From an uncultured Gemmatimonadales bacterium (GTDB lineage: Bacteria > Gemmatimonadota > Gemmatimonadetes > Longimicrobiales > RSA9): a stretch of DNA of 64,000 nt. The stretch covers positions 1 to 64,000 of the forward strand of contig CAWFKH010000004.1 of NCBI GenBank assembly GCA_963816355.1, read 5' to 3'. Under the pieces are notes generated by a model. It worked only from the letters and a program-made list of their open reading frames with translations, had not been told where the DNA came from and did not search any database. Positions 20,539 to 31,860 of the stretch are shown in pieces (positions within the stretch are counted from its first letter, which is position 1; each line of letters starts with the position of its first letter). A program made the position numbers and the translations under genes.

Positions 20539-22973
20539 CCGTGGCTGGGCGCTGCGAGGGGGGGCTGCTCGTTTCGCTCGGCGGCGGAAGCGCGCCAGTC
20601 AGCGAGCCGCAGGAGCGTTTCGAGCCAGGCGAGTCTGAACGGACCGTGCTTGGCGAGAAGACGCTGCGTGCGCTCGGTCCAGGACGGGCCCATCGGTCCA
20701 AGCCCCATCTCCATGACGTCGAGGCGAAGGACGCACTCTGGCAGATCGACCGCGCCGAGTGGGGCCGCCGGCAGGAGATCGCCCTCCCAGATCCCACGCG
20801 CGTAGCGACCTCCCTCGGGCGCAGGGTTCTCACCCGGTAGCGCGCGGAGACCCATGCGAACGCGGCCATGGTGCGCGGCGATGAGATAGGCCACCAGGTC
20901 GCGTGCCGGACCGTCCGGCGCCGTCTGCAACCACACGAGCGCCGAGGCCAGCTCGTGGCGGAAGTGTGGGCGATCGACGATCCGATCTCCGTCCTCGCCC
21001 TCCAGTCTGTAGCGCAGCCGACCGCTCCCCGCCGATTTCGCCCAGAATCGGCCCGCCCGCTGTCCACCGGTGTCGAAATCCAGCAGTGCGCGGACGAACG
21101 CGGGGTGTGTCTTGCCGACGTCGTGCCAGCTCGCCGCGTCGGTCAGCGCTCCGGGGTCGACGTTCATGGAGGTCGAGAGCGCCTCCACTTCCCGGCGCAC
21201 GTCTTCCAGATGGCGAGCGAGCAAGACCCATCCACTTGCCAGCGAACGGCGGTCACCGTCCAGCGCTTCCGGTGTCGCATCTCGAGAGGGTGCGATCGGG
21301 ATGACCGGTCGACCGTCGCCGGGCATGAAGCCGAGCTCGAGGTCGTAGCCGCCGTCCGAGGCGCGCAGCAGGAGCACCTGCCCGGGCCGCACCGACTTCT
21401 CCCCCACGCGGGACCACCGGCGCATGAGCGCGTCCCACTCGAACGCGGCGTCCCGCCGCTTGCCGAGGTGCGCCCGGATCTGCGACATCGAAGCGGCGCA
21501 CAGCTCGTCACGCTCCGGCTCCGGCTCCTCGCCTGGCTCCGCTCCGAAATCGCGCCAGAACACGTGCACCTGCGGGGCACCCTGATCGCGCACGTATGGC
21601 GATACATCGAGGTCGAAGCCCGACAGGTCCGGGTCGGTGTCGAAGAGCTGGAACAGGTCCTTCTTTCGCAGCACGTGGGCCGTTTCCGGTCCATGCTCGA
21701 CAGGAGGAAGATCCGCCGACGCGGCCGACCCGAGCGACTCGAGGATCCGGCGCGACCCGCGTAGCGCCTCGCCGTCGTAAGGCAGAGCGACGGCTGGGTC
21801 CTCCGACAGATCCATCCAATGAACCGTCGCCTGCGTGTACTCGCCGCCGCGGTTACAGCGGCCGAAGCGCTGCACGAGCGAGGGCCACGGCGCCAGTTCG
21901 GTGAACATCGTCCGCGACGTGACGTCCACGCCCGCCTCGACGGCCTGCGTGGCGACGATGATGACATTGTCAGAGGAAGAGACCGCCCTCAGCCGGTCGT
22001 CGAGAGCCTCCCTTTCGGCTCTGCGGAAGCGTGCATGCAGGAGCAGCAGCTCCGTTGCGCTCGGGCGATCGCGGATGCGACGCCGGAGAGTTCGCATCAA
22101 CTGCTGCGCCCGTCCGACACGGTTCACGATCACGAGCGTCGGTCCGTCCTCCCGGTGCGCCGACAGGATCGTCTCGGCAAGCGCCGCCGTGTACTCCTTC
22201 ATCGCGCTCGCGCTTCCTGCGTCGAGGCGCGCGTCCGCGCGCACGACCTCCTTCGGCGCGCGCAGGCGGCGGCGGACCGCAGGATCGTCGCTCTCCGCCA
22301 GCGCCAGGCGTTCGACCGCGAGGCCCTCGATGTGCTCCAGGAAATCGACGGTTCCCAGCCATTCCGGCCGCAGCGTCGCCGAGACCCAGAGCGACCGCGA
22401 CGGAAGTCGCGGCGTGAGCTCCGGCGCTCGGCGAAATGCCTCGAGCTGAGCCGAAGTCGCGAGCGCCGTCCCCATAAGCTGGACCTCGTCAAAGACCCAC
22501 AGCGCGTCGGTGTGCAGCAACGCGAAGTCCATCGGCCAGCGAAACCGGCTCATCCCGTAGCCGCGCATCAGAGCGCGGGAAAGCAGCATGTCCTGCGTGC
22601 CAACGACGATCGACGGCTTCTCAGGATTCTCGATCCACTCGCTGTCGACGCGGCCGCCCATCAGAACGTGCAGGCTGGGCACGACCGCGCCTTCAGCCTC
22701 GAACGAGGGCGCTGCGCGCTCGATCCAGCGCTCCATGCTTCGCGCGGTCTGCTCGACCAGCACGCGCATTGGCAGACACCAGACGAGCCGGCGTGGGGTC
22801 GCAGCATCATCCGTCATGCGGCGATACATCCATGCCAACGCCACGCCCGCCGTCTTGCCCAGGCCGGTCGGCACGTCCAGGACATCGGGCAGTGGACCTT
22901 CGGCGAGGCGCCGCTGATAGGCGTACGGCGCTTCACCGCCGGTTACACTGCGGAAGAAATCAGCATACGCCAC
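20535..22973 (-). CDS. cas3: Type I-G Cas3 (SF2 helicase with C-terminal HD nuclease)
   Basis: PTGLGKT, DEVQ, SAT, ATQAVEAGVD and QRFGRCNR, followed by HD motifs LARHL, WHDVGK, HELAS, AAHHG and RLADW. Start placed at GTG 22973 (VAYADFF); the open frame extends to 23192. Confidence 0.95.
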   Translation of the reverse strand: MAYADFFRSVTGGEAPYAYQRRLAEGPLPDVLDVPTGLGKTAGVALAWMYRRMTDDAATPRRLVWCLPMRVLVEQTARSMERWIERAAPSFEAEGAVVPSLHVLMGGRVDSEWIENPEKPSIVVGTQDMLLSRALMRGYGMSRFRWPMDFALLHTDALWVFDEVQLMGTALATSAQLEAFRRAPELTPRLPSRSLWVSATLRPEWLGTVDFLEHIEGLAVERLALAESDDPAVRRRLRAPKEVVRADARLDAGSASAMKEYTAALAETILSAHREDGPTLVIVNRVGRAQQLMRTLRRRIRDRPSATELLLLHARFRRAEREALDDRLRAVSSSDNVIIVATQAVEAGVDVTSRTMFTELAPWPSLVQRFGRCNRGGEYTQATVHWMDLSEDPAVALPYDGEALRGSRRILESLGSAASADLPPVEHGPETAHVLRKKDLFQLFDTDPDLSGFDLDVSPYVRDQGAPQVHVFWRDFGAEPGEEPEPERDELCAASMSQIRAHLGKRRDAAFEWDALMRRWSRVGEKSVRPGQVLLLRASDGGYDLELGFMPGDGRPVIPIAPSRDATPEALDGDRRSLASGWVLLARHLEDVRREVEALSTSMNVDPGALTDAASWHDVGKTHPAFVRALLDFDTGGQRAGRFWAKSAGSGRLRYRLEGEDGDRIVDRPHFRHELASALVWLQTAPDGPARDLVAYLIAAHHGRVRMGLRALPGENPAPEGGRYARGIWEGDLLPAAPLGAVDLPECVLRLDVMEMGLGPMGPSWTERTQRLLAKHGPFRLAWLETLLRLADWRASAAERNEQPPLAAPSHG

Positions 22974-23209
22974 GTGAAACGTCCATCGAATGGGATGGTC
23001 CCGAAGGGGCGACCAGGGCAGTATACCGGAACAGAAGAGATCCCGACACTGACGATAGACGACCGTTTGCTCCAACGGACCGTGGCAGACCGATCCGCGC
23101 ACGCGTCCCGTGCCACCCCGCCACCTTGCGCGTACCCGGTCTCGCCTGTGACACTCGACACGCGCGGCCGCTTCGCCGCGGCCGCCTTCCACAGCATCGG
23201 AGGAACGAG

Positions 23210-26200
23210 ATGAAGCTCTGGCACCCGCCCACGGCGCTGAAACCGCCGGCCCCGGTTCTCACCGCGTCCTCCCGCCCGCCGGCGGCGCGGACGTTCACCG
23301 CGCCCTCCCGCCCCGCGGCGGCGCGGACGATGGCGGCGGCCCTGGCCGCCGCGCTGACGCTCGGCTTCGTCGTCCTCGCGCTGCTCCCGGCGGCGGCCCT
23401 GGCGCAGGCGCGCGGCGGGCAGCGGCCGGAGCCGCCGCGCGACCCGCTGCGCTTCGAGTTCCTGGGTTCGGCGGACGGCGGCCGCATCGCGGCGGTGGCG
23501 GGGGTGGTGGGGAGTCCGGGGACGTACTACGCGGGGGCGGCGTCGGGCGGGGTGTGGAAGACGACGGACGGAGGGGAGAGCTTCGTGCCGGTGTTCGACG
23601 ATGAGCCGGTGCAGGCGATCGGGGCGCTGGCGGTGGCGCCGTCGGACTCGTCGGTGGTGTGGGCGGGGACGGGGGAGGCGTGGGCGATCCGGGACGCGGA
23701 CGTGATGGGGGACGGCGTCTACCGGTCGACGGACGGGGGGCGGACGTGGGCGCACGTGGGGCTGGAAGCGACCGGCCGGATCGGTCGCATCCTGGTGCAC
23801 CCGACGGACCCGAACACGGCCTACGTCTGCGCGCTGGGGCGGACGACGGGGCCGCAGCAGGAGCGGGGCGTCTACCGCACGCGCGACGGCGGCGCGACGT
23901 GGCGTCGGGTGCTCTTCGTCGATGCGAACACGGGCTGCTCGGGTCTGAGCATGGACGCGACGGACCCGGACGTGCTGTACGCGGGCACGTGGCAGGTGGT
24001 GATGCACACGTGGGCGATGTTCAGTGGCGGGCCGGGGAGCGGCGTGTACGCGACGCGGGACGGCGGCGACACGTGGAAGCGGCTGGCGGCGGGGCTGCCG
24101 AAGGCGCCGGTGGGCAAGGTCGATGTGGCGGTGGCGCCGGGGGACGCGAAGCGGGTGTACGCGCTGATCCAGACGGCGAAGCAGGGCTCGCTGTGGCGCT
24201 CGGACGACGCCGGCGCGACGTGGGCGGTGGTGAGTTGGGACCGCACGCTGATCGGGCGCGCGGGCTACTACATCCACCTGATGGTGTCGCCGTCGGACGC
24301 GGACGAGGTGCTGGTGGCGAACAGCAGCCTGCACCTGTCGAAGGACGGCGGCCGCACGTTCACGGTGGCGCGCGGCGGGTGCGGCGACTGCCACGACATC
24401 TGGTGGGACCCGACGTCGGCGGACCATTACGTGGTGACCGGCGACGGCGGCATGGGGATCACGACGGACCACGGCAAGAGCTACACGAGCGTGCGTCTGC
24501 CGATCGGACAGTTCTACCACGTCGCGGTGGACGACCGCGTCCCGTACTGGGTGTACGGCAACCGCCAGGACGACGGCACGATGCGCGGCCCGAGCAACGA
24601 GCGCGAGCTGCCGACGAACGTGCACGACCGCGGCGTACGGCTGGATGCCGGGGCGCGGCGCTTCCGTTTCGGCGGTGGCGGCGGCGGGGCGTGGCAGCAC
24701 GGGCTCGGCGGCTGCGAGTCCGGCTTCACGCTGCCGGTGCCGGGCGATGCCGACGTCGTATGGGCCTCCTGTTACGGCGACGAGGTGAGCCGCTACGACG
24801 CGCGGCTGGGGCGGGCGCGCTCGGTGAGCCCGTGGGTGCACACGCTGGATTCGCCGCCGGACGTTCTGAAGTACCGCTGCCACTGGACGCCGCCGCTGGC
24901 GATCGACCCGTTCGAGCCGGAGACGGTCTACTACGGCTGCCAGGTGATCTTCCGGACGGACGACCAGGGGCAGACGTGGCGCGTGATCAGCCCGGACCTG
25001 TCGACGCGGGACTCGAGCCGCATCGCGTTCTCGGGCGGCGTCGTGGGCGACAACCTGGGCCAGTTCTACGGCGAGGTGGTGTTCGCGATCGCGCCCTCGC
25101 CGGTGCGCGCGGGGCTGATCTGGGCGGGGACGAACGACGGCCGGCTGTGGTACACGCCGGACCGCGGCGGCACGTGGACGGACGTGACGAAGAACATCCG
25201 CGGCATGCCGGCGTGGGGCACGATCCGCAAGATCGAGCCGTCGCGCTTCGATGCGGCCACGGCGTACGTCGCGGTGGACGCGCACCTGATGTCGAACACG
25301 GACGAGGCGTACATCTTCAAGACGACGGACACGGGGCGGACGTGGACGAAGATCACGGGCGACCTGCCGTCGGGCGTGCCGCTCTCGTACGTCATGGCGG
25401 TGACGGAGGACCCGCACCGGCGCGGGCTGCTCTTCGCGGGCACCGGCAACGGCTTCTACTACTCGCGCGACGACGGCGGCCACTGGACGAAGCTCTCCGC
25501 CGGCCTGCCGGCGGCGCCGGTGAGCTGGATCGCGGTGCCGGACACGTTCCACGACGTCGTCGTATCGACGTACGGCCGCGGGATCTACGTGCTGCGCGAC
25601 GTCGGCCCGCTGGAGCAGGCGGACGACGTGGCGGAGAACGAGCCGGCGCACCTCTTCGCGCCGTCGCCGGGCTACCGCCAGGCGCGCTCCGGGCAGGCGG
25701 AGTTCCGCTTCGCGCTGAAGGACGCGCCGGACTCGGTGGCGCTCGAGATCCTGGACGGCGGCGGCGCGGTCGTGCGGGCGATGCGGGTGGCGGCGCGGGA
25801 GGGGCTGAACGGCGCGTCGTGGAACCTGCTCTACGACGGCCCCGCGCAGCCTGAGCTGCGGGCGCTGCCGCCGGACAACCCGCACATCTGGGAGGAGCCG
25901 CGCTTCGCCGGAGACAGCGTGCGGCCGGTGATCCACTGGGGCACGGGGCAGCCGCAGCGCGTCGGTCCGATCGCGGCGCCGGGCCGCTACGCCGTGCGCC
26001 TGACGGTGGCGGGGCGCAGCTACACGCAGCCGTTCGACGTGCTGAAGGACGCGTCGATCCCCTCGAGCGCGCCGGAGATCGCCGCCTCGACGCGGGCGCA
26101 GGTGCGCATCCGGGACGACATCGACACGACGGTCGCGATGATCGACGGGATCGAGGCGATGCGGAAGCAGGTGGAGGCGCTGCGCGCGGCGCACGCGGGC

Positions 26201-26542
26201 GACGCGAAGACGACGCAGGCGCTCGACTCGCTGGCGGCGCGCATGCTGCGCGCGGAGCTGCCGCTGCTCTCGCGCACGGAGCTGCACAGCGACGACAAGT
26301 GGTACGTCGAGCGCAACGGCCTGTATCTTGGGCTGGTGTGGCTGTACGCGGAGGTGGGCCTGGGCGGCGGCGACGTGTCGGGCGGCGCCGAGTACCGGCC
26401 GACCGCCGCGTCGCTCGCGGTGCTGGATGCGCTGGAGGCCGAGCTGACGGCGGCGCGCGCCGGCTATCGCGCGCTCGTCGAGCAGACGGTGCCCGCGTTC
26501 AATCGCGCGATGCGGGGGAGGGTCACGGTCGCAGCGCCGTGA
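23210..26542 (+). CDS. Secreted VPS10/sortilin-like BNR-repeat beta-propeller protein (putative glycosyl hydrolase)
   Basis: GGAGG RBS before ATG 23210; hydrophobic signal segment; many Asp-box repeats (KTTDGGES, RSTDGGRTW, RTRDGGATW, KTTDTGRTW); GGRIAAVAG and STYGRGIY. Confidence 0.88.
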   Translation: MKLWHPPTALKPPAPVLTASSRPPAARTFTAPSRPAAARTMAAALAAALTLGFVVLALLPAAALAQARGGQRPEPPRDPLRFEFLGSADGGRIAAVAGVVGSPGTYYAGAASGGVWKTTDGGESFVPVFDDEPVQAIGALAVAPSDSSVVWAGTGEAWAIRDADVMGDGVYRSTDGGRTWAHVGLEATGRIGRILVHPTDPNTAYVCALGRTTGPQQERGVYRTRDGGATWRRVLFVDANTGCSGLSMDATDPDVLYAGTWQVVMHTWAMFSGGPGSGVYATRDGGDTWKRLAAGLPKAPVGKVDVAVAPGDAKRVYALIQTAKQGSLWRSDDAGATWAVVSWDRTLIGRAGYYIHLMVSPSDADEVLVANSSLHLSKDGGRTFTVARGGCGDCHDIWWDPTSADHYVVTGDGGMGITTDHGKSYTSVRLPIGQFYHVAVDDRVPYWVYGNRQDDGTMRGPSNERELPTNVHDRGVRLDAGARRFRFGGGGGGAWQHGLGGCESGFTLPVPGDADVVWASCYGDEVSRYDARLGRARSVSPWVHTLDSPPDVLKYRCHWTPPLAIDPFEPETVYYGCQVIFRTDDQGQTWRVISPDLSTRDSSRIAFSGGVVGDNLGQFYGEVVFAIAPSPVRAGLIWAGTNDGRLWYTPDRGGTWTDVTKNIRGMPAWGTIRKIEPSRFDAATAYVAVDAHLMSNTDEAYIFKTTDTGRTWTKITGDLPSGVPLSYVMAVTEDPHRRGLLFAGTGNGFYYSRDDGGHWTKLSAGLPAAPVSWIAVPDTFHDVVVSTYGRGIYVLRDVGPLEQADDVAENEPAHLFAPSPGYRQARSGQAEFRFALKDAPDSVALEILDGGGAVVRAMRVAAREGLNGASWNLLYDGPAQPELRALPPDNPHIWEEPRFAGDSVRPVIHWGTGQPQRVGPIAAPGRYAVRLTVAGRSYTQPFDVLKDASIPSSAPEIAASTRAQVRIRDDIDTTVAMIDGIEAMRKQVEALRAAHAGDAKTTQALDSLAARMLRAELPLLSRTELHSDDKWYVERNGLYLGLVWLYAEVGLGGGDVSGGAEYRPTAASLAVLDALEAELTAARAGYRALVEQTVPAFNRAMRGRVTVAAP

Positions 26543-26555
26543 GGCGCCGCCTCAC
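26539..26555. terminator. Short inverted repeat containing the stop codons of two convergent genes
   Basis: GTGAGGCG-C-CGCCTCAC; no U-tract, so terminator function is uncertain. Confidence 0.25.
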
Positions 26556-28222
26556 GCCTCGCCGAGCCGCTCCTGGACGCGGTGGATGAGCAGGGCGGGG
26601 ATGAACGGCTTGGCGAGGAAGTCGCGCAGGTCGATGGAGCGGTCGTGCAGGATCTCCTCGTTGTGGCCGGACATGAAGAGGATCGGCAGGCCGGGCAGGC
26701 GCTCGCGCAGCCGGTCGGCGAGGTCGAGGCCGCTGATCCCGGGCATCGTGACGTCGGTGAGGACGAGGTCGATGTCCGCCTTCGCGTCGACGATCGCGAG
26801 CGCCTCGGCGGCGCCCGGCGCCGCGATCACGGCGTAGCCGAAGCGGCCGAGCGTGCGCGCGCAGAGCGAGCGCACGGCGGCGTCGTCCTCGACGAGCAGG
26901 ATCGTGCGGGCGGGCCCGTCCGGCGGCGCCCCCGCGCTCGCGCGCCGGGGCGCGGCGGACGCCGAGAGCGGGGCGGCGGACGCCGAGAGCGGGGCGGCGG
27001 ACGCGACCTGCGGCGCCGCGTCGTCGGGCGCGACGTCTCCGTCGGCGCGCGGCAGGCGGATCGTCATCTTCGTGCCGCGGCCGGGCTCGCTCCGCACGTC
27101 GATCCAGCCGCCGCTCTGCGATACGATCCCGTAGGCCGTGCTGAGGCCGAGCCCGGTCCCCTTCCCCGGCGGCTTGGTGGTGAAGAACGGCTCGAAGACG
27201 CGGGCCGCGGTCGCCGCGTCCATGCCGGCGCCGTCGTCGCGGACCTCGATGGCGACGTACCTGCCGCGAGGCGGCGCAGCGGAGCCGGGCGGGGGCGGCG
27301 CGGCGGCCTCGTCCTCTTCGCGCGCGGCGATGAGGATGGCGCCGCCGCCGGGCATGGCGTCGCGGGCGTTGACGGCGAGGTTGACGATCACCTGCTCGAT
27401 CTGGCCGGGGTCGGCGACGATGGGCAGGGCGTGGTCGGGCAGTTCGGTGCGCAGCTCGATGTCGTCGCCGATGAGGCGGGCGAGCATGCGCTGCAGGCCG
27501 GCGACGACGCGGCCGGCGTCGATCGGGCGGGGCTGCAGGAACTGCTTTCGGCCGAAGGCGAGGAGCTGGCGGGTGAGGTCGGCGGCGCGCTCGGCGGCGC
27601 GGCGCACCTCCTCGGCGTCGTCGCGCACGCTGCTGTCGTGGGGCAGCGCTTCGAGGACGAGGTGGATATGGCCGCCGATCGCGGTGAGCAGGTTGTTGAA
27701 GTCGTGCGCGACGCCGCCGGCGAGGCGGCCGATCGCGTCCATCTTCTGCGCCTGGCGGAGCTGCTCCTCGAGCTCGCGCCGCTCGGTGACGTCCTCGACG
27801 AGGACGATGGCGCCGGTGGGGCGGCCGTCGGGCGCGTGGAGCGGCGCGGTCGACACGCGCAGCTGCACCTTGCTGCGGTCCTTGCGCAGGCGCGCCACCT
27901 CGCGGCCGACGACGGGACCGGCCTCGAGCGTCTCGGCGAGGATCGAGACGGCGGGGATCGTGCCGTCGGCGGCGACGGCCGGGTACGGCCGTCCGATCAC
28001 GTCGCCGGCGCTCCAGCCGAGGATGCGCTCCATCGCGGGGTTCCACAGCAGCACGTGCATGGCGGTGTCGACGACGACGATGCCGGCGGGCGAGGCGTCG
28101 AAGAAGCCGCTGAGCAGCTCCGTGGTGACGTGCATGCGCTCGCGGTCGCCGTGGCTCGCGGACGCGGAGCCGTTGGCGGCGAGACGCGCCAGGCTCGCGT
28201 CGTCGCGCGGGTCGCCGGTCAT
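26552..28222 (-). CDS. PAS-domain hybrid sensor histidine kinase/response regulator (CckA-like)
   Basis: PAS (WNPAMERILGWS), QAQKMDAIGRLAGGVAHDFNNLL, NLAVNARDAM, FEPFFTTK..GKGTGLGL and receiver ILLVEDD...LTDVTMPG...FLAKPF. Confidence 0.92.
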   Translation of the reverse strand: MTGDPRDDASLARLAANGSASASHGDRERMHVTTELLSGFFDASPAGIVVVDTAMHVLLWNPAMERILGWSAGDVIGRPYPAVAADGTIPAVSILAETLEAGPVVGREVARLRKDRSKVQLRVSTAPLHAPDGRPTGAIVLVEDVTERRELEEQLRQAQKMDAIGRLAGGVAHDFNNLLTAIGGHIHLVLEALPHDSSVRDDAEEVRRAAERAADLTRQLLAFGRKQFLQPRPIDAGRVVAGLQRMLARLIGDDIELRTELPDHALPIVADPGQIEQVIVNLAVNARDAMPGGGAILIAAREEDEAAAPPPPGSAAPPRGRYVAIEVRDDGAGMDAATAARVFEPFFTTKPPGKGTGLGLSTAYGIVSQSGGWIDVRSEPGRGTKMTIRLPRADGDVAPDDAAPQVASAAPLSASAAPLSASAAPRRASAGAPPDGPARTILLVEDDAAVRSLCARTLGRFGYAVIAAPGAAEALAIVDAKADIDLVLTDVTMPGISGLDLADRLRERLPGLPILFMSGHNEEILHDRSIDLRDFLAKPFIPALLIHRVQERLGEA

Positions 28223-28632
28223 TCCGGTGGTTTCGGCGCGCCGGATGGCTGCGCGGCCGGCGTCGTCACGAAGTAGTCGACGTCCTCGCCCTGCAGGCGG
28301 AGCCAGCGGTTGGTGGTGCCGCAGACGGTGCAGTGGGCGGTGTCGCGGTCGACGATGACGAGCTCGGCGAGCTGGCCGCACCCCTGGCACATGGCGGAGA
28401 GGGTGCTGAACGGCTCGGGGCGCATGCCGCTGCGGGCGAGGCGGACGCCCATGAGGATGCTGGGGAGGGCGAACATCGGGCAGAGCGAGCCGGTGCACTT
28501 CTCGCCGAAGTCGAGGCAGACGACCTCGGGCGCGTCCGGCAGGTTGGCCTGGCCGCCGTGCAGCGGGACGGGGGTGGTCGCGATGCGGACCTGTTGGTCG
28601 CACGCGGAGCAGTAGGCGAGCTGGGTCTTCAT
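28219..28632 (-). CDS. Cys-rich hypothetical protein (137 aa), probable Zn or Fe-S binding
   Basis: GGGAGAG RBS; MKTQLAYCSAC...VVCLDFGEKCTGSLCPMF...CQGC...HCTVC; stop overlaps the kinase ATG. Confidence 0.75.
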   Translation of the reverse strand: MKTQLAYCSACDQQVRIATTPVPLHGGQANLPDAPEVVCLDFGEKCTGSLCPMFALPSILMGVRLARSGMRPEPFSTLSAMCQGCGQLAELVIVDRDTAHCTVCGTTNRWLRLQGEDVDYFVTTPAAQPSGAPKPPE

Positions 28633-28643
28633 GGGGCTCTCCC

Positions 28644-29619
<976 letters not shown>

Positions 29620-29633
<14 letters not shown>

Positions 29634-29772
29634 GATTCGACTCCTTGAGGTCGCAGGACGAAGCGTCGCAGGCGCCGCACGCGCCGCCGCAGGAGCGGCG
29701 CTCGTGGCGCAGCAGGCCGGAGAGCGCGAAGAGCGCGGCGGCGGCGGCGATGGCGAGGATCTGCGCGATCAT
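29620..29772 (-). CDS. Small single-TM Cys-rich protein (50 aa)
   Basis: MIAQILAIAAAAALFALSGLLRHERRSCGGACGACDASSC; start overlaps the rnfA stop and end overlaps the apbE start. Confidence 0.7.
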
Positions 29773-30347
29773 GAGCTGAAGAGTCCGGCGAAGCCCATGA
29801 AGGCGAGCGACAGGCTGCCGGCGACGATGAGGACGAGGCCCATGCCGCGCGCGAGGCCGGGGACGTCGGCGAGCTCCATCTGCTCGCGGATCGACGCCAT
29901 GAGGGCGAGCGCGAGGGTGAGGCCGAGGCCGGCGCCGACGGCGAAGAAGAGGCCCTCGAGGAAGCCGTAGCCGCGGTTGGTCTGGAAGATCGCGAGGCCG
30001 AGGATCGCGCAGTTGGTCGTGATCAGCGGCAGGAAGATGCCGAGCTCGCGGAAGAGGGTGGGGCTCAGCTTCCGGATCGCCATCTCCACGATCTGGACGA
30101 GCGAGGCGATGACGACGATGAATGAGATGAGCCGCAGGTACGGCGCCGAGCCGAGCACGAACGTGTTCAGCACCCACACGCTGATGGATGTGATCACGAG
30201 CACGAACGTGTTGGCGGCGCCCATGCGGAGCGCGGTCCCGACCTTCCCGGAGACGCCCATGAAGGGGCAGAGTCCGAGGAAGAGGACGAGGGTGAAGTTG
30301 TTCACCAGCATCGCCGAGACGAGGATCCAGAAGAGGTCGCCCATCAT
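29769..30347 (-). CDS. rnfA: Rnf complex subunit A
   Basis: LVNNFTLVLFLGLCPFMGVS, LGIFLPLITTNCAILG, SLAFMGF. Confidence 0.95.
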   Translation of the reverse strand: MMGDLFWILVSAMLVNNFTLVLFLGLCPFMGVSGKVGTALRMGAANTFVLVITSISVWVLNTFVLGSAPYLRLISFIVVIASLVQIVEMAIRKLSPTLFRELGIFLPLITTNCAILGLAIFQTNRGYGFLEGLFFAVGAGLGLTLALALMASIREQMELADVPGLARGMGLVLIVAGSLSLAFMGFAGLFSS

Positions 30348-31177
30348 GCGGCCCTCCGCGACAGGACGCCGTTCGGCCAGCGGCGCGGCCGCGCCCGCTT
30401 GGCCGCGTCGCGGCGCTCCCGCCACCAGCCGAAGCCGAGCAGGATGCAGCCGAGGGTGAGGAAGCCGCCGGGCGGCAGCACCATGATCACCCACGGCTCG
30501 AAGTGCGCGCCGAAGACGACGTGGCCGAGGAGCGTGCCGTTGCCGAGCAGCTCTCGGATGGCCCCCATCATCAGCAGCGCGACGACAAAGCCGGCGCCGG
30601 TGCCGATCGCGTCCAGCGCCGCGCGGCCCACCGGCCGCTTCGCCGCGAACGCCTCCTGGCGGCCGAGGATGATGCAGTTGACGACGATCAGCGCGATGAA
30701 GGCGCCGAGCGCCTTGTGGATGTCCGGCACGATCGCCGCCAGCGCGAGGTCCGCGATCGTCACGAACGTCGCGATGATCAGGATGTAGGCCGAGATCCGG
30801 ACCTCGCCCGGAATCAGCTTCCTGAGCGACGACACCAGCACGCTCGAGCCGAGCAGCACGAAGAACGTGGCCACCCCCATCGCGATGCTGTTCTCGACGC
30901 TGTTCGTCACCGCCAGCGTGGGGCACAGCCCGAGGAGCTGCACCAGCACCGGGTTCTCCTTCCACACGCCGCGCAGCAGGTCCTGCGACGGCGTCGTGCC
31001 GCGGCGCACGCCGGCGACGGCCGGCGTCGTCGCGGCCGGGCTGGCTTCGGCGGGCGCGGCGCCGGGCGTGGCGGTGGCCGGGTGCGCGGCGGTCGTCATC
31101 GTCGCGGCGCCCAGGGCGCCGTCGCTCGCGGCTTCGCCGGGCGCGGCGTCGAGCATGGGCAGCTTCACCTGCGTCAT
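30344..31177 (-). CDS. rnfE: Rnf complex subunit E
   Basis: GVWKENPVLVQLLGLCPTLAVT, LIVVNCIILGR, LPPGGF; Ala/Pro-rich N-terminal extension. Confidence 0.95.
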   Translation of the reverse strand: MTQVKLPMLDAAPGEAASDGALGAATMTTAAHPATATPGAAPAEASPAATTPAVAGVRRGTTPSQDLLRGVWKENPVLVQLLGLCPTLAVTNSVENSIAMGVATFFVLLGSSVLVSSLRKLIPGEVRISAYILIIATFVTIADLALAAIVPDIHKALGAFIALIVVNCIILGRQEAFAAKRPVGRAALDAIGTGAGFVVALLMMGAIRELLGNGTLLGHVVFGAHFEPWVIMVLPPGGFLTLGCILLGFGWWRERRDAAKRARPRRWPNGVLSRRAA

Positions 31178-31860
31178 CGTGCCGTCCCCTTCTGCCGGAC
31201 GTACGCCTGGAGCAGCGGCTGCAGCTTCTCGAGGCGGTGGTTGATGATGGCGATCACGGCGCGCGAGGAGATCGTCGCGCCGGTGATCATGTCGAGCTGG
31301 TGCGCGTCGCCGCTGCCGGCACCGCGCTTGACGCCGACGAGCAGGGGCACGACGCCGCGGAATCCGGCGAGGAAGGTGGTGTCGCTCGTGATGCGGTCGC
31401 CGAGGCCGGGCGTCTCCTTGCTGTCGAGCACCTTCATCCCGGTGAGCTGGTCCTTCACCGGGTCGTAGCCGAAGATGAGGGAGATCACGTCCTGGAAGCC
31501 GGGCTCCGCGCCGGGCACGGCGAAGCCGACCGGCCGGTCCTGCGCGTCGAAGCCGAGGTAGACGCGCTCGGCGGTGACGGAGTCGGCGCCGGCGGGCAGG
31601 TCCGGCACGAGGGCGCCACCCGCGACGTAGAGCGTCTGGTAGTGGTCCGGGGCGCCGAGGACCTCCTCGATGGCGGCGCGCAGCACCTCGGCCTGGTGGG
31701 CGCGGATGCGCGGCTGCGCCCAGCCGAAGGCGAGCACGATGAGGAGGCCCGCGGCGGCGCCGGCCACGGCGAGGGTGCCGAAGAGGCGCCAGGCCGGGAC
31801 CTGGGCGGCCGCGGGCGCGCCGCGGCCTCCGGCGCCGTCGCGCGAGGGAGGCGTGCTCAT
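31174..31860 (-). CDS. rnfG: Rnf complex subunit G
   Basis: N-terminal TM segment, ETPGLGD and FMN attachment motif DMITGATISS. Confidence 0.92.
   Translation of the reverse strand: MSTPPSRDGAGGRGAPAAAQVPAWRLFGTLAVAGAAAGLLIVLAFGWAQPRIRAHQAEVLRAAIEEVLGAPDHYQTLYVAGGALVPDLPAGADSVTAERVYLGFDAQDRPVGFAVPGAEPGFQDVISLIFGYDPVKDQLTGMKVLDSKETPGLGDRITSDTTFLAGFRGVVPLLVGVKRGAGSGDAHQLDMITGATISSRAVIAIINHRLEKLQPLLQAYVRQKGTAR

Noticed and set aside
22943..26287. 1114-aa minus-strand ORF
   Set aside because: Antisense shadow of the BNR-repeat gene.
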